The notes beneath the pieces are model-generated. The model had not been told where the DNA came from. It saw nothing but the letters and a program-made list of their open reading frames with translations, and ran no database searches. From Catajapyx aquilonaris (lineage: Eukaryota): a DNA stretch of 64,000 bases. Made by a program: the position numbers and the translations under genes. This document shows, piece after piece, positions 53,820-64,000 of the stretch. The DNA is taken from positions 124,001 to 188,000 of the forward strand of contig KZ538001.1 of assembly GCA_000934665.2 (NCBI GenBank). Reading direction: 5' to 3'. Position 1 is the first letter of the stretch. Each line of letters opens with the position of its first letter.

Positions 53820-54505
53820 TTTAAAACATTTCACAATTGTGTTTCTCTGAACCTGCGCAATTGGGATTGGTGGTCATGCTCTGTTCTAAAGCCGGCTCCA
53901 CACCGGCTTTTTTTCTCATGTGGAAAATTAATGTCCTGTTGCTAGCAGTTGCTAGAAAATGAGGCAGTGAGGAGCACTTCTCTGATTTAATTCATGACGT
54001 CAACGCGGACTTGAAAATTTAAACCTACAGTATTTCTATGTATCAATGCAAGTCACCCTCTCCCCATTGGTGCCTCCCTCTGTGCATGCTCAGTACCTTC
54101 CTGTTGGCCACACTTTTTCAGCGTCAGTCCGCCGAGACTGCTCCTGCTGGCAGGGTGCGGCCACCCCCCAACAGGATTTTCTCTAATGCTGGGTTGTGAA
54201 CCTAACTGAACCCTTGCTCCGTGAACCCGATAACATCGGAGCTACTCTGGAGCAGTAGAGCCAGGTCCGTAGTTTGGCTGGGAGCTTGCCAGCTTGCTCT
54301 GGAGCATGGCTCAGGCCAGCGCCTCCGGAGTTGAACCCGGTTCCGGAGGGGAGTTCGGAGGGGTTCAGAGCTTGGTTAGGTCCAACATACCAACGCAACG
54401 GGGAGAGAGGCAGAAAAACCGCTGGATTTACTCCAGCGTATGCATCATGTTTTCATGGTGCCAGAATGACATTTCCAAGCACCCGCGATACAGGGTGTAC
54501 CGCAA

Positions 54506-54683
54506 ATGTCACATTTTCATGTCATATGCATTTGTTGTATGTCACATTTTCATGTCATACACATTTGTTGTATGTCACATTTTCATGGCATACGCATTTG
54601 TTGTATGTCACATTTTCATGGCATACGCATTTTTTGTATGTTACAATATCATATTGTAACATACAAAAAATGCGTATGACATG
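54506..54683. repeat. 33-bp minisatellite (4 copies) ending in a hairpin with 33-nt arms
   Basis: Unit atgtcacattttcatgKcatacgcatttgttgt; hairpin 54617-54683; preceded by a mariner-like end TA|CAGGGTGT at about 54489. Confidence 0.85.
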
Positions 54684-54798
54684 TTTGGGCTGGATTGGTT
54701 TGCATGTGATATTAGAATGCTTTTTTCAGATTTGCAATGGACTAATCACTAATGTGTTTGTGAGTGAGGGGTTGACATAATTATGTGCACATTGTGCA

Positions 54799-55332
54799 GG
54801 GTGGTACGATGGTGTAGTGGTTATCACCACAACCTTCAACCTCTGAGGTCCCGAGTTCAATCCCTGTGTCAGACAAAGAATACTTCTAGGGCTCGGGGCA
54901 ATAAGGAGGTAACTGCCATTTTCAAGCATTTACGGGTTTTGCAGTAATAAGGGGGTATCTGCCAAGTGGCACCCTGCCATTGTAACTTCTTGACACTGTG
55001 CCACTCTTTCTGCTCATTAATTTATGATACTTGCCTTAGTATTCAATGAAGTTCAATGAAAGCAATGGCCGCAAAAAGCTTTCTCCCCGAAAATTATGAT
55101 TTTGGCGGTTACCTCCTTATTGCCCCGAGCCCTAGACTTATGTGGATAGAGTTTCAATGGTTCTCTCCCATGATCACGTGGGTTTTCTCATGGCTCTCCT
55201 GTTTCCTCCCACAATCAAAATCCCTCACAGGACAGGTAATGATTAAAGATAGTTATTGAAAAGCTGATCCCCTAAAAGGCCCAAGTAGGCCTATCATGTG
55301 GTATCCACTATTTTTGTTTATTTTTATTATTA
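54799..55332 (+). mobile_element. tRNA-derived SINE with a V/Meta-like central domain, interrupted by a MITE
   Basis: A box tggtgtagtgg and B box gagttcaatcc; the body resumes at about 55137 (gtggatagagttt...cgtgggttttctc...ctcctgtttcctcccaca); T/TTA-rich tail. Confidence 0.7.
54885..55136. mobile_element. MITE nested in a SINE
   Basis: 34-nt TIRs tctagggctcggggcaataaggaggtaactgcca / tggcggttacctccttattgccccgagccctaga with one mismatch; no clean TSD. Confidence 0.85.
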
Positions 55333-55438
55333 CATGCACTTTGTGCAATTATACTGATGAAGTCACATCTTTAAGCCCTGAAGTAGGCTTTATTGTCTAT
55401 TCCTTCCTTTTAGAATATGCATACAAGTAATAATTATT

Positions 55439-56105
55439 GAAGGGCTTGGTGGAAGAACCAGGTAGCTCCATATTGCCAAGTTTTGAGAAAACGGCAACAA
55501 TGTGTCTAAAAAATTCAGAATTCACACCAGAATATTGTAAAAATTAATACAGATGGACTACTCACAATGGCTCTTAAAATGGTATTAAGTAGTAAGCAGG
55601 TACTGGTAACCAAATAAATATTAAGTAAATAAATGGTCTAATCCGTGGAGCTAGGGGTGTGCGGCAAAAAAAATCATTTAAAAACTGTGATTTCAACGAG
55701 TGTTAGGGTGTGCATATGGAAGAAGCCGGGAATGGGTCCGAGGGGCCAGCGACGATCCGTTTCCGAGCTGTCGACCTTTGACATCGACGATGTCCATCCT
55801 TGAAAGTGTGGATACCTCCGTGCATGCTTGCATTGCTGGTTGCCAGAGTCAGGTGGTTGAGCTACTGTTTGGGGGGAGCGCGCCTGACTCAAGCAACCAG
55901 CAATGGATGCTTGTATGGGGGTATCCACAGTTACAAGGATGGACATCGTCGATGTCAAAGGTCGACATCTCACTATGTCTCGAGGAAAGCGAGGAGCTAC
56001 ATGATTCTTGGACCAAACTATGGACAGTTTTTTTCTTCATAGGATCCCATGATTAACTCATTTTCAATTAAAGTGGAGCTACCTGGTTCTTTCACCAAGC
56101 CCCTC
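55439..56105. mobile_element. Non-autonomous TIR element, possibly Sola-like
   Basis: TIRs gaagggcttggtggaagaaccaggtagctcca / tggagctacctggttctttcaccaagcccctc with two mismatches; flanks tatt / aatt. Confidence 0.8.
55770..55966. repeat. Internal palindrome (about 84-nt arms) inside the TIR element
   Basis: gtcgacctttgacatcgacgatgtccatccttg...gagtcagg / cctgactc...caaggatggacatcgtcgatgtcaaaggtcgac. Confidence 0.85.
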
Positions 56106-57339
56106 AATTAGGGTTCCATACTTATGGGCAAACAATACTCATATTTTCACCTGGCACTTACGTACATAGGCACTAAACCAAATAACAGCAGTAATGAATA
56201 TGGAAGGTATTTTTAATATCAGTTAAGCAGTGCATGATTGTTAAATGTTAAGTTTTTAAAATTTCATATGAAATGTCATTTTCTCCACTACTTTCTGAGA
56301 AGTAAGGAACATACGTACAATAACAAAAGACAATTCCAACAATCATAACGCAATGCAAAACAATATGGTATATTGAAAACGAATTTAAAGCAAGTATTGT
56401 AATCCACAATATGTGGCCCACAGACGTGGTGTTTAACCATTTTTGCAGTTGCAAAATAAAAAATGTCACTTGGCATTGAAAAAAACAAACACAAAACATA
56501 GTCCAGGAATTTACATTCAAATGGGTGGAATGGGACTGTTTTGATTGGCAATATGTGGCTATGTCTGGTTGGACATATGGATAGTGTGAAAAAAGAGACA
56601 CAGATAGAGATGCAAACTTTAATGTGCAACGTTTACATCTCAATCCAAAATATTCAACTATTATAATGTGGAATTTTTCATCTTCAACTTATCTTGATCT
56701 TTTCTCTTCATTCGTTATGATCTGCTGAATGTAATATTCATATGATCAGTGTATAGACATTTTCAATCCCCAGTACTCAATGTTGTGCACCCATAAAGCC
56801 ATCCCATAAAGGTTCCGATTCTGGCTCATAGTCTACCAGCACCGAAAAGCATTTCCAAAGAGGAGACGATCAGGACCTGGGCCCCCTCTAATGCAAGTAG
56901 CACTTGGTCGTGCAGGTCAGATTATTAGGAAGATCCATTTCAATGGATGGGCTCAAGGTGATCTTGCCTCTCTTCAGGACAATCAGAACCTGTTCATTGA
57001 AATACAAGAAAGTTGAAATAACAAATCAATGGTATGGCAGCTTGACCGCCCCCAACAACTCATCCCTTTAAAATTCCACCTATCACCTAGAATCCTAGAT
57101 GGTTCATTTTAATTTGGGGTCATTAATAGTGTACACCACATTTCAATCATCCCCTTTCAGCCTTTATCCCTCGCTTTATCCCCTACTATACAACAACAAC
57201 AACAAAAATGCCACAAGCTTTCCTACCAGCATGAGCAGAGGTGGCTCTCTTTACCCTACACCCTTCACCTTACACGTTTATCATTTGCCCACTCAAATGC
57301 AGGATGAGGCTGAAAAATATTACCAACCTTTCCACTAGT

Positions 57340-58380
57340 TCCAAGGGACCAATCATTGAGTTCCCTGACTAATGCTGTCAGCTTAGGATGCATAATGCCT
57401 TGCTGCTTCACCTTGGACATGATGTCTGGAATATCAAGAAGCACTCATCTAAACTAACAGGAAGGTTTCAAATATATTGAACATGGCCCAAAAATGACTC
57501 AAGCACTATGACAAACCCTCAAATTCCTGAAATTATAAAAAGCAAGTACAAATAAGAAAATAAAGTCATAGATACAAATGCACATGCTGCACAGACTGCC
57601 ATTAATTTTATGGCAATGTTTGGCGTGCTGGGGAACTGGCACTTAGAAAACACAGCATGCAATGGAACATTGCAGAAGAAATAAGAATAAAATACACCAA
57701 AATGGCAAAATCTCTTACCTTTTAAGAATGTCTTGTGTGAGTTCTGAAACTCAAGTAACATGTGCTGAGCTGTTGATAGGCTGCAATGACGAAGAAGACA
57801 ATCTGCAGCCTCGACCAGTATACCAAAACCACCAATCCACCCTTTCTCTTTTTGGGTAACAAATCTTGAGACACAAGCTGCAGTGATGTCTGGGGGCGCC
57901 TGCTCTGCTGGCAGCTCATAATCAGTCAAGTCTACCTCTTCACAATCTACATCAGCTGGCTTAATTACAAGTATACCTGATGATGGATCTAACAATGCCA
58001 ACAGAGGAGCCACAACTTTGCGCAGATTTAATGTTGATTGCTGCCAAATTACAAGAAGTGTATCATTACATTGAAACATCCTGCATAAGAGTAAAGTGTG
58101 TCACTTACCTGGAAATACCAAAATGTTGTCTGAGGCGCAATTCTTTCATTTTGCAAGTAGACTTTCCAGGTGGCCAAGTGTGAAGTCAAGTCATACAATT
58201 GCGGCTGTGGTTGAAAACAGTTGTCTCTGGAAACACTATCACCAGGAAGAGAGTTGAGGTCATTAGGTTCAAATTCTTCGTCAGAAGCTACGTAGATTCA
58301 ATAAATACTCCAACTTCTTCTGAATCAGACTAAGACATTTGCAACAGTCGTAGCATTCAGTTGAATTCCCTGAAATGATT
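57340..58380 (-). pseudogene. Decayed intron-containing coding remnant, probably transposon-derived; family not identified
   Basis: ORF 57519..58079 has protein-like composition up to KTFLK. Minus-strand intron 57718-57527 (AG|GTAAGA...tttcAG) and a second donor CAG|GTAAGT near 58108. Flanking segments carry stops and frameshifts. Confidence 0.4.
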
Positions 58381-58650
58381 AACAAATGGCACTGGCACGA
58401 ATACCTTTTCTTGTCTGGTGTTTCCCGGTCACTCTTGACTTTCATGGTCTATGCCCGCATATCAGACAGGGCATTTCCACTCTCATTTTTGATAAATCCT
58501 GGATTTGCTTTACATATTTGTCAGGCAAATCATTCATGCTGTAATAGTCAGTAACATAATTATTGATATGAGTCAGACTGTCGCGTAATATTTCTCATAA
58601 CAAGTAGCAATATTAAACTACTCTTTACAGTTATATTATTCTAAGTTACA

Positions 58651-58944
58651 CCGAAGCAGGTTGGCATAGTGGATAAGGCGTCCGACTGCTAATCGGGAGG
58701 TCCTGGGTTCGAATCCCGGGGCCGGCAACTCTGACCGTGGTTTTCTGTGGTTTCCCACGGTCCTTCCAGGGAAATTCCGGAGTTGCTTCCGTAATTAATA
58801 GGCCACAGCCGCTTCATTCCGTCCCTATCCTATCCCAAAGTGCACAGTAAAATGAGAAGCAAAGAGTTCCAGGCAAAACAAACTTCCCCCCTAAAGAGCC
58901 GATGGCTGATAACGGGGTATGAATTATTAATTATTAATTATTAT
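58651..58944 (+). mobile_element. Full-length tRNA-derived SINE with an arthropod Inv-like body and TTA tail
   Basis: A box tggcatagtgg, B box ggttcgaatccc; body gtggttttctgtggtttccc...ccagggaaattccgg...ggccacagccgcttcattcc; 17-nt TSD tattattctaagttaca at 58634-58650 and 58945-58961. Confidence 0.9.
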
Positions 58945-59275
58945 TATTATTCTAAGTTACAGGCCCTTCTCCATCTGACAAATTCTTCAGTAAGGTTAGT
59001 GGAGTGTCGTATCTTATATAAAGAAGTGTAAGTGGGATAATTATTATCTATGCATTCCAGTACCTTAAGAGTGAATGCATGATCAATGTTAAGTGTTAAC
59101 TCCAAAATAAATGGATGATATACACTGTTAATTAGGGTCAGTTGGGGTAAGTGCAGCAGGATTTTGATTAAGTGCAGTTTAAAGGGATGCTACTTCCTCA
59201 GTAATTAGCAAGTGATAAAAAAAGTAATGGACAATATACCCTACCTTATGGCTTTCAAAGTGACCTATTGAGTAA

Positions 59276-59314
59276 TAATAATAAGAAGAAGATAATAATA
59301 ATAAGAAGAAGAAG

Positions 59315-59373
<59 letters not shown>

Positions 59374-59701
59374 CCTGGGTAAGTGCTTTCATCCCCGGTG
59401 GGGGTATATCACACGGAACCTTTATTGTACTATTATACATTGGAACCTACTCATTGAAACGCCTGGGCCCATGGGCAGGATGACAGGAGGGGATGTGCAA
59501 GGTGCAGTGCATCTGACGCTGTGGCCATTTTTAGTGAACTCCCCCGAGTGGTTTAGTCTGTGGAAATACCACCCGAGACGAAGCCAGAGGTGACCCTGAA
59601 CTCTGCACGAGATGAAGGGGGTGTCCCCGGGTTGGGATCGAACCCGGGACCTTAACATCCGTGGGCGCATACGTTACCGCAGCACCACTCCGCCTCCCCC
59701 T
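59276..59701 (-). mobile_element. tRNA-derived SINE of a different family with a long (TTA)n tail
   Basis: Minus-strand head with B box ggttcgatccc near 59635-59645; the tail reads as (TAA)n on + up to about 59372; candidate TSD tgacctattgagtaa / tggcctattgaataa (13/15). Confidence 0.8.
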
Positions 59702-60305
59702 TGGCCTATTGAATAACATCAAGACATTCATCTATGTGGGTGCTCAGTGCTGCACTTGCCCCGCGATATGGGGTAAGTGCAATTGTCGAATTCTCTCATG
59801 GTAATAAACATTGCTTGGGTTGCATATGACTAGTGCCACAAAGACACAAACTTCCTGTGTCAGTCTGTTTTTCCCAAATTAAAAAATGCGAAGAAGTTCT
59901 TACAGGAAGAACTTACATTCACTGCTCCGCAACAGGTTGGCTAACAGTACTGGCATTATCTGATTAAAATGCATTATGTTGAAGTGTATTCTCACCAATG
60001 CATTAGCATGTCACCAGTCGCGGAATATCTATTGGTTACCCACCAAGATGTATTGTTGCCTCTTTTGTCGACTGCTATCTTTATATTAATCCAATATTGC
60101 ATTTTGTTACACATGGCCTACCCATATTAATTGTTTATGCACTTGCCCCTAACCATGTTTAGTTACGGGCAAACCCAGCCTGATTATGCCACCAAAACGG
60201 AACAATAACAGCGTGATAGTACATCTCAACCTAGTACAGTGCGGAAGCATGCGATTTAAGACTCGTCAAAAATTCATACCCACTTTCCTGGGTTATGCTT
60301 ATGAT

Positions 60306-61254
60306 TACTTGCCCATCCCCAGTGGAGTTCGCCCACCCCCCAAAAAATTGAGTGGTGGGGTAAGAAACAAAATGTGATAAAAATCATCTTTCAGATTATC
60401 TGGGCTTGAGAATAGATAATAATGAAGCGTAACAATGGAGTTAGGCGGACGCCAAAGTTTAAGTTCATTTGAGAGTCAACAACTGAAATAAATATGATTA
60501 TACACCTTGAACTGTGAATTTCTGTGGGGTAGAGTAAAAATTGCTGCCACTACGTTTATATGTTACTTAGCAGGACGTTAATTTTAATAATGAACCTAAG
60601 GGGCCACACAAACCCGCAGACAGTATTAAAATTAATTACACAAAATCTAACACAGAATTTTTAAACAAATATGGCTCGCAGACTTCTTCTGAATTTGCTA
60701 CACGTTTGTGTACAACATTTAACGGCGTGATTTATAAATAAATAAAAATGTGACAACATTGTCTATTTAGAATTCAGTCCAATGTGCTACGATAAAAAAA
60801 ATTCAATTCAATTAACGTGAAATGGTTTTTTAAATCCCTGCATTAAAAATGCACAGAAAATTCGACATCTGCAAGCCCTGATAAACATTTTTAAATTCCG
60901 TGGTAGATTTTTTGTAGGCCTAATTCATTTTAATGCCGTCTTGGGATTTGTGTGGCCCCTCAGGTTCATTTTTAAAATTAATGTCCTGCCAAGTAACATA
61001 CAAACGTAGTGGAATCAATATTTACGAGACCCCACGGAAATTCACTGTCCAAGGTGTAATCATATTTATTTCAGTTGTTAACTGTCAAATCAACTTAAAC
61101 TTTCGTGTCCCCCTAACTCCAATGTTACAATTCATAATATTATCCATTCTAAGGTCCAGATTATCTTAATGGAGATTTTGTATCACATTTTGTTTATTAC
61201 CCCCACCATTCCACTTTTTGGGGGTGGGCGAACTGCACTGAGGTTGGGCAAGTA
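60306..61254. mobile_element. Foldback-type element, about 950 bp, with diverged arms of about 400 nt
   Basis: Termini tacttgccca...gttcgcccacccc / ggggtgggcgaac...tgggcaagta; inverted similarity traceable inward through ggggccacacaaa / tttgtgtggcccc. Confidence 0.85.
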
Positions 61255-62039
61255 TGACCTTAAGTGTCTGTGCTTCATATTTCATATTTCATATTTCCTT
61301 TCATAATGACAGCTATGCTGAGCACATGAATTAACGCACGTGCAGGGCAGCAGGGGACATAATTTCTACCGCATATGTGCAAGGAATCAAGTCGGACACC
61401 ATACTCTCCCTTGGCTTAGCTCCACATCACACACCTACCTTACTTGCAATCATATTGTGGCGTGGACATTGCCCTTGAGCCATTACTCCTCTCCGTGCAT
61501 AGCTTCTGCTAGTATCATGCACATTTAAAAGCCATAGAGTTTCAAATGAGGACCAAAAAATACTCTCCATACTAAAAGTGGTTAAAACTGGCATGTAATG
61601 AATATCAATGCTTGACTAACTTTTTGTGACAAATATCCATCAATTATTATACGTATCTCCCATTTTATATACCAAAACTGCAGTTATTGATCATAACTTG
61701 GACAGGGACTTCAAGGGTCGACCCGGCCAATAGGCCCTAGACCCCAAGATGATTATTATTGATGCATCTCCTGGATTGGTTGTAATGGTAAGTTAGCATG
61801 GCAAAATCTTAACAACCACTGCAAACTTGAAGCCCTTTAAGTTTTACTAAAATGACAAATATACCGTATGAAAACACCAGGCCAGTGCACCATAGAGAAG
61901 CAGTGTTCACATCATGCCTGGTACTTATTTTGTGGGCCTGAAGCAGGGAAGGCGTCCGCCAAAGGCCAAACCGGACGGCGTCGGTGTTCCACGACAGCCC
62001 AGCAGGGAAACCAGCAGGGATACCGCGAAACCACTCAAA

Positions 62040-62360
62040 CGAAGTGTTCCAATCAGTTCAGCGACCAATAAGGAGTTGTCCGGCTTGTTCCAGAATTTTC
62101 CTGCGTCCCGCGAACGATACCATAGCTCACCCTGCGTAACCAATGCCTGACAGACCTAGGTGCCGATTGGCTCTCCAGCACTAAACTGACCAATCGTAGT
62201 CATTTCGCGCGCTGTATTGCAAAGCAATGCGATGTAGTGCCACCTGCCGCGGTTACTAGCGCCCTAGCTGCCTAGCGGGTAGTAGCAGAACCAGAGTGCA
62301 GCCTTGCCACGTGGAAAGAAATCTTTCTCGGCAGCGTGGAACCATAAGGTTAAGGTAAGT
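62040..62360 (+). promoter_or_regulatory. Probable CpG-rich promoter and non-coding first exon of the next gene
   Basis: Five CCAAT/ATTGG boxes (62049, 62065, 62140, 62166, 62190), return of CpG dinucleotides, strong donor AAG|GTAAGT at 62354/62355. Confidence 0.45.
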
Positions 62361-63085
62361 CACTCTACAAGTCCTCGTACACTACGCCGTAAGCCCGACT
62401 TAAGTCCTGCCGGACTTGCATAAGTCCGGGGATGAAAGTCCGGCCAGATTTACTGTTTCAAAAACGTTCTGGAAAGGCCGGGAAAGGCTGAGAGACGAGT
62501 GGCGGGTATGTCACTTGATGACTCTCTTGATGATAAGCCTACCAGATGGCGCAGTCAAAAATATATACATAATTATAACTATTATATAATTATATTATAT
62601 AAATTTGGTTGAGATTAGTTTCGCCCGCCCCTTCGGGTTGGCTCCACTGACGCTTCGGTGGAGTCGCCTGGCGGGAGCGTCGGGGAAGTTGGGGGAAGGG
62701 GGAGGGAGAGGAAGACGGAGGAAGAAGAGAGCGAGCGAGAAGGAGGTTGCTTGCTGGAGTTGTGTGTGTAGGAGGAAGCAGGAAGGGAAAGGTGGCAACC
62801 GACACTGAAGGAAAATAAAACGTGAGTTACTTGAGTCTTGCTGTCTTATTTGAAGACAAGGTACCGCACAGAGACATTTTTTGTGAAACTATACTTTGTC
62901 ACCGATATTGGTGCCTTAGACCATATATACCAGTAGACGCTCCCCTCCCGTTTACGAGCAAGCGCAAAAGTGAAACCACCCACTCTGAGGGGGGATCACG
63001 TGACTTAGGGCAAAAGGGAGGCGGGAAGGCGAAATTAACATGGCGCCTTATGGGGATTCCGACTATCTTTGCGCCGTCACTGTCA

Positions 63086-63439
63086 GGCGCCTATTGGGAC
63101 TAAAAATATGCAATGGGTACCAAATGATAGCTCCGCCCATGCCCCGTCTCATGCCGTACATCTTCATCCGAGAGGTTGAGCGGGGAAGGACATAAAAAAT
63201 CCTACACTGTGTCATTGTTTCTCGCCGGAAGTGCAGTTTGTGTCACTACATCACTCAAACAACCACATTAAAATGTTCCAAATTTTAATATGCTGTGCAG
63301 ACAATCTTCCTCTGCATATTTCACCAACTCGAGGTTGCTTTAATTATCCGAAAATAAAAAGGTGAGCATATAAGTGATATCGGGACTTAGGGCAGCTTCA
63401 GTTAGGTCTGATTGATCAAAGTTCGCGCAAAACCTATAC

Positions 63440-63519
<80 letters not shown>

Positions 63520-63577
63520 TAATAGTAATAGCAGCAGCAGCAATAGTAGCAGTAATAATAATAATCATAATTGTGCC

Positions 63578-63650
<73 letters not shown>

Positions 63651-64000
63651 GGTTTTGCACAGACTTTGATCAATCAGTACCTAACTGAAGCTGCCCTGAG
63701 TTCCGATATCACCTATATGCTCACTTTTTTATTTTCGAATAATTAAATCAACCTCGAGTTGGTGAAATATTCAGAGGAAGATTGTCTGTACAACATATTA
63801 AAATTTTGAACATTTTAATGTGGTTGTTTGAGTGATGTAGTGACACAAACTGCACTTCCGGCGAGAAACAATGACACAGTGTAGGATTTTTTATGTCCTT
63901 CCCCGCTCAACCTCTCGGATGGAGATGCACGGCATGAGACGGGGCATGAGTGGAGCTATCATGTGGTACCCATTGCATATTTTTAGTCCCAATAGGCGCC
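63086..64000. repeat. Large high-identity inverted repeat with opposed (TAA)n/(TTA)n tracts at the centre; runs off the window end
   Basis: 63086-63438 is the reverse complement of 63648-64000 with scattered mismatches. Confidence 0.92.

Noticed and set aside
54506..54637. CRISPR-like 33-bp repeats
   Set aside because: The units are contiguous with no spacers, the context is eukaryotic, and there are no cas genes.
58655..58727. Functional tRNA-Ser(GCT)
   Set aside because: It lacks the long variable arm, the acceptor stem is poor, and it continues into a SINE body with a tail and TSD.
63340..63673. Poly-Ile/Tyr ORFs (similar ones near 44900 and 59300)
   Set aside because: They are translations of (TAA)n microsatellites.

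Overview
Eukaryotic, most likely arthropod, genomic DNA; the species cannot be named from this window. The main feature is a + strand nephrin-family gene (sticks-and-stones/hibris/SYG-2/NPHS1 type). It encodes 9 Ig domains, 1 FN3 domain, a TM segment and a tyrosine-rich tail ending in GHLV. I traced 17 GT-AG exons by hand from 29511 to the stop at 52412, about 1270 codons in one frame when one TM exon is used. I did not find the signal peptide or the first half of Ig1, which probably lie upstream, so bases 1-29510 and 29691-45462 appear to be very long introns. The most notable observation is a pair of tandem, paralogous transmembrane exons (50677-50844 and 50895-51065) only 50 nt apart, which look mutually exclusive. 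Their stalks differ (Ser/Thr-rich versus a furin-type RERR), both begin with a donor-like GTGAGG, and three Rbfox-type UGCAUG motifs lie just upstream. A textbook recursive splice site sits at 3274/3275. Downstream are tRNA-derived SINEs, several MITEs and foldback elements (some nested), a decayed spliced ORF on the minus strand, and a CpG-rich, CCAAT-rich probable promoter near 62 kb. All calls come from reading the sequence; no database search or computation was run.
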